Assembly: GCA_050575255.1 (NCBI GenBank)
Contig: JBNZDD010013674.1
Location: 291,752-355,751, forward strand
DNA from: Harriotta raleighana
Lineage: Eukaryota
DNA length: 64,000 bases
Direction of reading: 5' to 3'
The notes beneath the pieces are model-generated. The model made no database searches. It saw only the letters and a list, made by a program, of their open reading frames with translations, and was not told the origin of the DNA. This document shows, one piece after another, positions 52,692-64,000 of this stretch. Position 1 is the first letter of the stretch, and every line of letters begins with the position of its first letter. A program made the translations under genes and the position numbers.

Positions 52692-54417
52692 CCAACAAAA
52701 ACCAGGCTCTCCTTCCTGGAAGAGGAAAACCAGTAAATAACCAAGAGGAGCTCTCAAGCACCTACTAGTAGCCAACTTCACAGCGTTAAACAAATCCAGT
52801 TAGAAGGTTGCCTTTCCTTTTGGTTATAGGTGAGAAAGTATGCACAAACAATCTGGTCAAGAAAAGACTCTTTGGCTCATCGAGGTCACATCTTGTGTAT
52901 ACCACACATAACGTGGCATGAACTACTCCACCTACTCCTGGTAGAAAGTTGTCTATACAGTAGTTGGTATCTACCTATCAGTTTTAAAATCCTTCAGCCT
53001 ACTCGCCTCACAAGGAGGACCCGAGTTCAATTCTCTGTTTACCTAGCAAAAGTAGGAACCTGGTTGTTAGTCGATTGGCAGATCGTTTTTCTGAGGTAAT
53101 AATCCCTCAAAATAAATAAACAAAAATGGGGTCACTCAATCCATGACTCCACCAATATTTGCGAGACATTGCTGTGAGTAATTAGCTGCTGCGTTTCGCC
53201 TACAAAATACACAGTCAATCCACGTTCCAAAATATTGCATGAAGCGTTTTACGACATCTCGACAACATGACAAGGAGCTAAATCAAATGCACGGATTGTC
53301 ATCTTTATATTTTTATCTGTAAAAATCAACCCCTCAAACATTTGTAATTGCAAGCTGTGTTGTTTTTTTTAAAACAAAATAAGTAAATCAGAGGGCAATT
53401 AGTTTATTAATTTAGCTTGTTGATTTAACCAGATCTGTATGACTGATATGAAAGAATACTGTTATTCAGAATACTCTCTAACTAGAAAATGTCATCAGTA
53501 ATACCCTAACAATTATAACAGGGTATTACTGCTGAATTACTCTGATCTGTTTTGTTTTCTCACATAATAAACTTGTTAGGCTTCTCTTGGGTGTGAGTTG
53601 GACAGGCCTCGAGGGGTTGGGGAGGGATGGGGAGGGATGGGGGAGAACAAAAATCAATTGGAAGAGTTTGAGAGCTGTTGTCACTTTGTTTTGCAACGAC
53701 GTGGCAGACACATAAGACAACACAGACTGGACTAACTTGCAGCGCTGNCAGACACATAAGACAACACAGACAGGACTAACTTGCAGCGCTGACGTGCTGC
53801 TCACTTCACTCCACGTTGCAACCAGAATCTCTCGACTTCACACAAAGAGAAGCCTCAGTTCCAGGGAGGGCAGATCTGCAGGTCCCACCAGCCCAGTCAC
53901 TGAACTCCAGTCTGCTCTGATCTGCTCTGCTCTGCCCAAAATGTGCTCCCAACTAAAGCGATCCCACACCTTTAAACCTTTTCACAATCTATTTTCTTTG
54001 AACCTTTTTTTTAAAAAAAAGCAAACAAACGCTACTCCAAATTGCACATAACTAACCTTGCAGTTTAAACAAACAAAACAAGGGCTTCAAGTACGTTCTC
54101 TCTCACACTCACACACGGTAGAAATTTGACTGCAGACGCACAATCTGTTGCATTTTTTGTTAAACGCAACAAAAAACCCTCAATTGTATTGAACTGTTAC
54201 AAAACCAGAATACGTTATAGAAGCACTTCCAGGACAGAAAGCTCACCTCTTGCTGAATGTCTAATCTGCAATGCTAAGGCTGAGCTGACTAGTGCTGCTG
54301 TGAGTGAGTGTACAGTATGAAAGAGATGCTTTAAGCTCACTGTTGCAGTCAGTCTCTTACCCTCCTCTTCTCTCCTCTTGCTGTATACGTGGCGTCCCAC
54401 TTCAGCTTCCAGCTCTG

Positions 54418-54509
54418 CACACACACACACACACACACTGCGCACACACACACACACACACACTGCGCACACACACACACACACACTGCGCACACACACA
54501 CACACACAC
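54418..54509. repeat. (CA)n microsatellite with TGCG interruptions
   Basis: Seen directly; it runs into the gap. Confidence 0.95.
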
Positions 54510-55113
54510 NNNNNNNNNNNNNNNNNNNNNNNNNNNNNNNNNNNNNNNNNNNNNNNNNNNNNNNNNNNNNNNNNNNNNNNNNNNNNNNNNNNNNNNNNNN
54601 NNNNNNNNNNNNNNNNNNNNNNNNNNNNNNNNNNNNNNNNNNNNNNNNNNNNNNNNNNNNNNNNNNNNNNNNNNNNNNNNNNNNNNNNNNNNNNNNNNNN
54701 NNNNNNNNNNNNNNNNNNNNNNNNNNNNNNNNNNNNNNNNNNNNNNNNNNNNNNNNNNNNNNNNNNNNNNNNNNNNNNNNNNNNNNNNNNNNNNNNNNNN
54801 NNNNNNNNNNNNNNNNNNNNNNNNNNNNNNNNNNNNNNNNNNNNNNNNNNNNNNNNNNNNNNNNNNNNNNNNNNNNNNNNNNNNNNNNNNNNNNNNNNNN
54901 NNNNNNNNNNNNNNNNNNNNNNNNNNNNNNNNNNNNNNNNNNNNNNNNNNNNNNNNNNNNNNNNNNNNNNNNNNNNNNNNNNNNNNNNNNNNNNNNNNNN
55001 NNNNNNNNNNNNNNNNNNNNNNNNNNNNNNNNNNNNNNNNNNNNNNNNNNNNNNNNNNNNNNNNNNNNNNNNNNNNNNNNNNNNNNNNNNNNNNNNNNNN
55101 NNNNNNNNNNNNN
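54510..55113. other. Assembly gap (604 N)
   Basis: Run of N. Confidence 1.
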
Positions 55114-56253
55114 ACCAATAGTTTTTGTAGATAAACAAGATCTTACTTCAAGTGCCTGGGTTCCTAATTCTGCACTGAAATATGTCATTTTAGCCGCTGA
55201 TTAAGAATTTAAGTGAGGAAGATAAAAAATATTTTGTGATATTCACTCACATGATTGACTCTGGAGAATGTGACAAGGAAAATGAACATTCAATTGCATT
55301 ACAGCACTGTCTGTATGTGTGTGCTTAGGACCAGTCCTGGTCCCTCTTGAGTGAACTATGTGGGGAGTGGCTTTGGCCAACACTGAAGGCAAGGATATCC
55401 TGGAAGGAGTGATGCATTTTTTTTTACCTATAGCTTTACTGTTTTATTTCAGTGTCACAGTAGGTTAGATGAACATAACCATAAATTGTTAGCTGACAGG
55501 TACAGAAGTCTGACAATAATTCCAGACAATCGAATGATTAAAGGTTTTCTGAGTGCAATTGCTTTTGACAGTGGATTATTGAATAATGACTTGTGTTTGC
55601 ATGGTGTTCATCTGCTTATGCACTTGACTAAGAGTGTATATACGAGGCAGTCAGCCTGGGGGATTCATGGAGTAGAACTTTTACTAAAATCAATGTGCTT
55701 CTGCACTTAATTATTAAAATAAAGGAGCAAAGTTTACAGTGTATGCAAGGCTCCTCCTCTTGATTAGAACCTGGCAGATTTCAATAGTNGTGCTTCTGCA
55801 CTTAATTATTAAAATAAAGGAGCAAAGTTTACAGTGTATACAGTGTAAGAGAAAATGCCTGTTAACCCATAAAGGGTTTAATTTTTATCTTTATAGAGTA
55901 ATTTGTAATTCAACCATACCGTATTTAGTGGTTAAATTATTATGATGAGATAGGTCCCTCACTGAATACTTTACTTTTAAAAACCATATGTATGTTTCCA
56001 AATCCTACCTCTTTGTACATGCCTGTGACACCATCTCCTGCTCCCAACTCTCCCTTGCTTGGTCATGTAAAGCTCTCGTTTCCTTATAGGGGCTATATAA
56101 ATGCAGGTTGCTGTTGTTTTCCTAACCTATCATTCTAGTAGATTCCATTCTAATTTTCAGGCTGGTTTCTAGAATGTTTGCCATTAACACAACTTTGTTA
56201 AGGTTGCATTGTTTAAAAGTTGCACAATTTTGGTTACTGAACAAAAGAATTAC

Positions 56254-56474
56254 CTTGAGACTGGAGATACAGCAGACAGGTTGTTAACTTTTGAGTTGAG
56301 GCTGCAGCTGCACGCTTAACTTTGTTTTATTCTAGTCAACAGATTATCCACGCACCAGTGATATCATATCATCGCTCCTCTTTGGAGAATTTTAGCAAAG
56401 GCATAATTTGCTCAGCTGTCATGTCCCAAAAAAAGAATTGGAGGAAGATCCTCAGCAGCTAGGGCTTCATCAAT
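56254..56474 (-). other. TMEM263: Candidate non-coding 5' UTR exon of TMEM263
   Basis: Acceptor aatttgtctttggcAG and donor AAG|GTAATT on the minus strand, between the promoter and the first coding exon. Supported by splice signals only. Confidence 0.35.
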
Positions 56475-57248
56475 CTGCCAAAGACAAATTGATGTTAAAA
56501 TAACATTGCAGAAATGTATTGAGAAAATCTCATCTCTTCGTGGGTAAAGCCCAGATGGATTCACAGTGTATATTAAAGTGGAATGTTCAAAGCAAAGATA
56601 AAGTTCCAAGTAATCTACAGAAACTAAATTTCCAAGAAATATGCAGGCGGATTCAAAATTACTGCCTGTGGCCATTTACAAAATTCTGTTGTAAACATCA
56701 TGTTAGAAAAGAACACTTAAATATTGTCACACATGCAAGGGGTCATAAAAAGTCTGACTCAGTTGCTAAGTGTCTGCATACAAATTAGGATCATGGTAAG
56801 AATTATGTGAACAAAAGATGTTTGTGTACTCTTCCACATGTTATTGAGAATAAAGTCCTAAATTGAACAACTGGAGCTACTTTTTGAGTTCTCCGCTTTA
56901 AAAGAGTTAATGAGCTATTGTGATTTTATTTACCTAGCTTATCTTTTTTAAATTAACATTTTTAAAACTTAGACATAAATGTAACAGCTCTTTTATTTTC
57001 TCTTGAAGATACGATGCCTTAATTGACTGATTTTAATCCTTTAATGCATTTGAACCTCTTTTAAGGCCTAAAACCCATGACGAGAACTCTGAGATCAAAT
57101 CATTTGTTCTAGGCCTAAGCTACCTACAAAATTGAGTTTTAAAAATAATTTTCTAGCCGACCTCGATAAATACTATGAAAGATTACCATGGGATATTTGC
57201 TAGATTACTAGATCTGATATTTGCCAACTTTCTTTTGGCTTGAAGATT

Positions 57249-57497
57249 AATAATAATCCTTCCATTTGATATAGAGCTTTTCATTTCTTCTAGACATCTC
57301 AAAGCGCTTCATAGAATATACTGTAAAGTGAATTGATTGTATATATGTGGGCGAAACGCGGCAGCCAGTTGTAGTTTATTAGGTGTGTGGAGTAAGGAAA
57401 TTTGCCCAAGGGCTTTGCCCTGATCTGCCTGGATTTGAACCCAGGTCTCTCTCGCTCGTAAGGCGAGGGCTCCAACCACTGAGCTACAGGACTCCAT
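57249..57497 (-). mobile_element. SINE with internal deletion
   Basis: Head and tail are present; the middle segment is missing. Confidence 0.85.
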
Positions 57498-58090
57498 GAT
57501 GATGGTGGTGAAGGGGATGAGAGTGATGTTGATGAGGATGATGACGGTGTTGATAGTGATGAGGATGATAGTGATGGTGATGAGGATGTTGTTGATGATG
57601 ATGGTAATGATGAGGATGGGGATGTTGTCCCCCGCCTGACCTGCCCGACCAGCAGCGAATGGGCTTTCAGANATAGTGATGAGGATGATAGTGATGGTGA
57701 TGAGGATGTTGTTGATGATGATGGTAATGATGAGGATGTTGTCCCCCGCCTGACCTGCCCGACCAGCAGCGAATGGGCTTTCAGACTCTCTGCCCCCACA
57801 CTCTGGATCTCCATCCCACAGTCCCTTTGCCTCGCTCCCTCCCTCGCCTTCTTCAAGGCCTGTCCCCAGACCCTCCTGTCCGACCATGACTTCTGCTGCC
57901 CTCCCAACTCTCTCCCCTCCCCTCCCCCCCCCCCTCTACCCAGCCCCTCTCTCTTGCTCGGGTCCCGTCCTGACTGTTCAGCGTCTTGGGACATCCTCCC
58001 AAAGTGAAAGGCGCTCCATCACCATAATGTTGTTGTTGTTGGTGTTGGTGATGAGGATGAGGATGATGATGAAGGTTATTATTATGATGT
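57497..58090 (+). repeat. Degenerate (GAT/GTT)n microsatellites flanking an L2 3' fragment
   Basis: Triplet-periodic sequence at 57497-57625 and 58028-58090, with L2 end sequence between them (partly duplicated at N 57672). Confidence 0.8.
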
Positions 58091-58098
58091 GACATTAC

Positions 58099-58270
58099 CT
58101 CAGTCCCGCTCCTGCCTTTCCCCCCCCCCCCGCCCAGGTTGGCAGCTCTTGTGAGCTGCTGTAACAGTGTCTGATGATGACTAGTGGTTGGGGGGAGGGG
58201 GGGGGGAGTGGGGAAGAAGGTGCAAGGAGACGTGCTTGGCCGTTACCATGGAGACCCTCTCTGGGCGTCA
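58099..58270 (-). other. TMEM263: Probable non-coding first exon of TMEM263 (5' end approximate)
   Basis: Donor GAG|GTAATG at 58099/58098, directly below a CpG-rich promoter and upstream of the coding exons on the same strand. Confidence 0.55.
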
Positions 58271-58365
58271 GCGTCACTTCCTTCCGTCCCGCCCCGTGGG
58301 GAAATGGGCGGGGTGTCGGTCGCCGGGCGACGCCTGTCAATCACCCAGACGGCAACAACTGTTGC
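58225..58365. promoter_or_regulatory. CpG-rich housekeeping-type promoter
   Basis: X-box GTTACCATGGAGAC (58242-58255), tandem ETS cores CACTTCCTTCCG (58275-58286), GC boxes (58288-58295, 58306-58313) and PBX/PKNOX decamer CTGTCAATCA (58334-58343). It is the clearest non-TE CpG cluster in the window. Confidence 0.75.
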
Positions 58366-59849
58366 AAGAGAACCTCTGACTGACTGACTGACTGCATTGT
58401 ATCCATTGCCTCTGTGCACACTCAGCCAAAGACAAGGGGGTGAGCAGTCACTCAACTACTGTATCTCTCATCTATCTCTCATCTCCAGACTTCTCATACA
58501 ATACTACCACTACTAGCACTTAGTAAGAATTACTACTACGACGTACTACACTGTTTGCTATTATTACTACACACACACACAATACGTGTTTTTTTGTTTC
58601 TTTCTTTAATTATTACTGTATTAGTTTAAAAAGTTAGATAGTCAATCATTCAATTATATATTATTAGAGAGAGAGTTGGGGGGTGGGGGGAGCCTTAAAC
58701 TATCTCTCTGTGTGTCCATCAGACTTGTAATGACAAAACTACTCCACTCACAAACTATTACTGCTACACACACACAATATTCATTAATTCATGTGTGCTT
58801 TGTTTTAAAAACAGTTTTTATTCCTTTTTTTTAAAGTTATATATTAAATAATTTTCTATAATTAAATTACTATAATTAGATTATGTATTATTATACAGAG
58901 AGGGTGAGAGAGAAGAGTTGAGCAGTAAACCCTCTGTATCCATCTCCAAACTTGTTACACAAAACTACTACTATCACTACACACACAACTCATTACTTGT
59001 TTTTTAATTTTAAAAAGTTGAGTTCAATTTTAAAAATTATGATAATAATAAGTGATTATACTTCAAAATCTGGGTCCAAGTAAAAATTTCAGGTTAAATC
59101 TGGCAAAATGTTGGATTCATTTCCTATTTATATAATTAATATATTTATATTAAATTGTTATTTAGAGTTTTTTGTTTGGATTGTTTTGTCTTGTGAGGCC
59201 CCCCCACCCCACTCCGAAATTCTTTGAGATTTCTTTTAAATTGTAGCGTGAATTTGTAAAAGTTTCTCCCTCCCCCCCCCCCCAACCACATACACACATT
59301 TGGTTATGAAAAATATTTATCTCAATTCACACAGGGGACTTAATCTGTTTAATTGTTCTATAAGGTCCCAGTAGAAATTCCCACTTGCAATGTGGGAATT
59401 GCAGTTCATGAGTGATTCTATTTATAAAGTGAATACTTTTTTAAAAAATGATATATTTCAAATTGTTTTGGTAAGTGGATATATATTTGCCTGTAAAACC
59501 TTTCTATATTAAAGGGCAGGATGACCAGACTTGTATGTGTGGATGAAGGAGATTTCGGAGTTTCAACAGGAGTTGTATTTTGTCCTCCGGACGTGAAAGG
59601 TGCTCTATGAATGCAATTTTGTTGTTGTTGTTGTATTTGGCTAAGATATTGTGAATAGCATGGAAATGGGAACTGGTTTCCAGTAGCAACGCATCTTGCT
59701 GATGTAACCATCACATAGAGAGGGACTGACTATTGACTTTAAGAATCAGCTGGTTTATTTATTGTACATTTTGGACTGGAGGGAAACTGTATTCTCCAAC
59801 TATAACAGGAGCTTAATACTGTTCCCTACACTCTTCCACACTCACTTCT

Positions 59850-60120
59850 CTTTACCCCTGTAGCTCAGTGGGCTCCAGCCTGCTCCATGTCCTCTGACCC
59901 AACCACCCCACCATTGGCGGGCCAGCCTTCAGCCACTCTGCCCCCAACGTTTGGAATTCCAGCCCGCAATCCCTTTGCTTCACTCCCTCCCTGGCCTCCT
60001 TCAAGTCTCTCCTCATGACTCTACTCTTCAACTGTCCCATCGGTCACACCGTTCTCCTCCTTTCCCTCGATCCCGACCCCAGTTCGGGTCCAAAATACTG
60101 ACTGGCCAATGCGTTAGGAT
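59850..60120 (+). mobile_element. L2 LINE 3' fragment
   Basis: accattggcgggccagccttcagccactctgccccc...tggaattcc, same family as 47060-47650. Confidence 0.75.
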
Positions 60121-62109
60121 GCTGTTATTGAATTCACAACAGAGCTCGAGAAGGTACTGGGACCTTAAATAATCCTCTTCATCCCCTTCCCCCCCCCTGC
60201 ACAATTCTAAATCATTAAGATAAAATTACATCTAATAATCTGAATATGGTTCACCACTAGTGTTTGTCTCTTTCTTTCCAGAGAAACTTGCCATTCATGT
60301 ATCTTACAAATGAGTAAAGAAACCTGTATCTGGGAAAGATTAACAGTTACATTTTTGGTTTGTCAGAGGAAAGTTCTTTGTTATTAACACTGTTGTGACC
60401 CAAGAATGGATTGGTATTTGTTGGACTAAACACGTTCTCCTGAAGAATGGTAGTAAGTGCACACTTGTGGAGATTGGGAGATTAACAGGTTTGTTAAAGA
60501 CAGCTGGTTTGTCAGTTTGCACAAATTCGACCAATTGACTCTTGGATAAGTGTGGCAAATGCAATGTAACCACCGTTAAGTGTTTGGATATGTGGGATCT
60601 TTAAAAGCAGCTTGTAATGCATTATAATTGATTGCAAATTTGTCACAAAAATCTGTTTGATGTGTTGGTAAAGGAAGGGTGTGGTTATCACCAGTCTGAA
60701 GAGGTTTATAATGTTAAGGGCTCAAGACCTTTTGATGGATTTTGGGATGAATATACAATCAACAACAACAAATTTACATTTGTGGAGCGCCTTTCACATC
60801 AGGCGGACATCCCAAGACTCTAGGTCAAATGTAACAATTGTGCATAAACTTGCATTTCTAAATCATCAACTTTATTTAATTTGGAAGATATGTATAGGTT
60901 TTTTAAATAAAATGTAAACTTCAACCTTATTATCCTTGGGTAGATTATCATGATTGCAATGACATCCTACCACAGAACAACAAAGGTACAGTATTCAGTG
61001 GACACACATTGACAATATTTTGGCTAAATCTATAACACTGAAACCATAGTTTCTATTTATAGTGAATCTTAAAACAAGGACGTATTTCATTTCCTGTGGA
61101 AAGTGGCAGTTATTTGAACAGCATCAAAACAGGATGTTCGTAACATAAATCCACTTTTATTTATTTTCTTGTCTAAACCGCCACAACAGAACCTTGCACT
61201 GTATACTATACTGCCCTCCATGCAGGGTTGTGTCTCAGAGCGCTTCAAAAAAATGTATTTGGAGTTTGTATTCAGTTTTGTTTCCTTTTTCATTGCAGTG
61301 TCCCTTTTAGATTTGAGATTTGCACTTATGGCGTACACAACTTTAAACATTGTTTGTTGAAACTAAAGTGGTGTATTTTTTAAAAACAAACCAAATTAAA
61401 TATCAGCATTCAATTTAAGACAAGTAAATTCTTTATTGTTTGGTCCCATTATTAAAACAATTTTAAAAAAATACAGTAGTATATCGCAGGAGACAGATAG
61501 AACATGTTTTGGGTGCCATATTAGTTGCACACTGAGTTCTCAAAGAGCCTTAAGTGTCTTGCAGGAGAAATAATATAATAATCCTTGCATTTGATGTTCC
61601 ACTTCATCATGTTTTTCAGACCTCCTAAAGACTGATTCTCTCGTGTAAGGAGGAGAGTCACTCATTTCAGAATAGAATTTTCTCACTGTAAAAGCCATCT
61701 CACCTACATTATCAAGACTAAGATGTTACAAATGCAGGTTTGTGTCCAAATTTCTATATATATGACTGCGTTTTGCTCACAAAATATAGTCAATTCACTT
61801 TACAGTATATTCTGTGAAGTGCTTTGAGATGTCTAGAAGATGTGATTAATCAAAGGCAAGGATTATTATTTGGAGAACAGACACAATCCTCTTCCCTCAA
61901 CACAGCTGACTGAGGATCAATTCTAATTAGATCATATATAGAAGAGATTCCAATCTTCATTTATGCTATCTTCCTCAAATAATTGTTTCTCTTGTTGATT
62001 ACAAACTATTTTCTAGAAGATGTGAAAAGTGCTACATCAAATGCAAGGATTATTATTATTACTGATCCTCAAGTCATTAATGAGCATTGATGATAATAAT
62101 AATCCCTCA

Positions 62110-62884
62110 GGCCGCTGATATTCTCATTCATGCCTTCATTACATCCAAGCTCGACCATGCCAACACCCTGCTTGTCGGTCTTTTTGGTTCCTCCCTCCAT
62201 AAGTTGCAGATCATCCAGAACTCTGCANGCCAACACCCTGCTTGTCGGTCTTTTTGGTTCCTCCCTCCATAAGTTGCATCTCATCCAGAACTCTGCAGCC
62301 CATGCCCATGTCCACCATGCTCCATGTTCCTATCGCCCCTATTCTCGCCCAACTACCGGCTTCCCATCATTTAGAGGATTCAATTCAAGATGCTGGTCCT
62401 CACCTTTAAAGCCCTCCCATGACCTTGCCCTGCCTTACCTCTGTGACCTCTTACCAACCTGTCCACTCAGCAGGCTCTAGCCTGCTCCATGTCCCTGCGC
62501 CTCATCCCTCCCTAGCCTCCTTCAAGTCGCATCTCAAGACCCTCTGACAATACCATGATTCAATTCAAGATGCTGGTCCTCACCTTTAAAGCCCTCCCAT
62601 GACCTTGCCCTGCCTTACCTCTGTGACCTCTTACCAACCTGTCCACTCAGCAGGCTCTAGCCTGCTCCATGTCCCTGCGCCTCATCCCTCCCTAGCCTCC
62701 TTCAAGTCGCATCTCAAGACCCTCTGACAATACCATCGGTTTCCTCCCTTTAGCTCTCTCTCCCTCCTCCCTTCTCTATCCTGACTCAAGCTCAGATCCA
62801 AAACACTTTCTGTGCAACAATTTGGGACGTCCTTCCAACATGAAGGGCGGTATACAAATGTAATTTTGTTGTTATTGTTGTTGT
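62110..62884 (+). mobile_element. L2 LINE 3' fragment with internal tandem duplication
   Basis: ILIHAFITSKLDHANTLL...LHKLQIIQNSA motif and the L2 tail. Confidence 0.88.
62377..62736 (+). repeat. Exact 180-bp tandem duplication
   Basis: 62377-62556 is identical to 62557-62736, with no N at the junction. Confidence 0.9.
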
Positions 62885-64000
62885 AGACGTCTCAAAGCAG
62901 ACTATACTGTAAAGTAAATTGACTGTATATTTGTGGCTGAAACAAATTGATGATTGATAACTTGATTAATTCAAATGATGTATAGTATATTATATTCTTT
63001 TGGCATTGATGGGCAGTTCTTAATACATTTTGGACAGAAGGTCATTAAATATAAAGTTTAATGTTCTCTAACTTTGGGGCTCAATGATGTGGCTCTGAAT
63101 CCAGGAGCCAATACTATTATGAGGACTTCTGCGTTTATTGATGAATCAATGGGTTAAATGCAAATTCCAACCAGTTGTATAGCTATTCCTATACAGTACC
63201 TTTTTAAAAAAAAAATCAACATTGTGCTCCTTTAAAACAAGTTCTATAACAATACCTGAACCTGATTATTATGAACAATAGGACCCATATCCTATGTGTA
63301 GTGAGGGTGTGGTTAGTTCCTGGTTCAGTGCTTCCCTAATAAACCAAACTTTTTACATTGTTCTATACAGCAAATAGAATTTATGTACCCAACTTGAAAG
63401 TGAGACAAGCTGCAGGAAGAATTTGAATAAATTGAGTGTTCTTTGAATAACAAGACATGTTTTTTGAAAGTTACTGAACCAATTGAGTTTTAAAATGTGA
63501 TTAAATACAATCCATGCGTCCACGTTTGGATATAAATGTTTCCAATAATTCTTTGAAAGGAGTAACTTTTTACGGAGACTATTCAAGAATATAGAAATAC
63601 ATATAGATTGAAATGTGATGAATATCTCGAGGACACAATGTCTGTTCATGGGTATGTGGCATTTTAATCAACGTAGAAATCTAAAGTTGCAATTCCTTAC
63701 TATGTACAAACCACATAAATAAGCTTGAGGCATATTTACTTGTGCTACCCAGGGCAGAGAGTAATCGCTAGGACTGGAAGCAATTGGAAGAGTGTGTTGG
63801 GCTCTCATTTGATAGGTACAATAATGGAAACACTTGATTGAATTGGCCATTCTTTAAAACTAAACTATTCTAGATGGTGAACTCAAACACCTCTCCTAGT
63901 AATCTGTGCCAGTAGTTAATTGCCCTCTGTGTTGTTGTGCTGAACTTGTACTTTGCAATCCGAAACCAGTGACCTCTTCTGCTGTTTAAAGTCAATTGCA

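Noticed and set aside
54215-55204. Long ORFs of 238-307 aa in the ORF track
   Set aside because: They consist of N-gap and (CA)n translation.
57299-57994. 231-aa Ser-rich and 192-aa Ile-rich ORFs
   Set aside because: They are translations of a triplet microsatellite, L2 antisense and SINE sequence across an N-join duplication.

Overview
AT-rich, repeat-dense vertebrate genomic DNA, not prokaryotic. The SINE, L2, CR1 and Penelope families suggest a cartilaginous fish, probably a chimaera (inference). It comes from a fragmented assembly, with one 604-N gap and about 18 single-N joins flanked by duplicated sequence. The one confidently identified gene is TMEM263 on the minus strand: two coding exons (45265-45328 and 35298-35584) splice into a 116-aa protein, with a ~1.6 kb 3' UTR and a probable CpG-rich promoter and first exon near 58.1-58.35 kb. 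The rest is mostly transposon-derived: a decayed Ty3/Gypsy element, a probable solo LTR, many tRNA-derived SINEs sharing a tail with L2, CR1 and Penelope fragments, Tigger/pogo-type MITEs, a hAT MITE, a piggyBac-like end and an LF-SINE-like relic. The most notable structures are a ~250-bp-arm inverted duplication around a hAT MITE, a Gypsy 5' LTR followed by a copy of the 3' flank and carrying a near-consensus CTCF motif, a Penelope hairpin with hammerhead-ribozyme cores, a double-tailed SINE insertion, and a shared MITE insertion site within the SINE. I see no convincing new multi-gene system. The candidate novel spliced ORFs are speculative.
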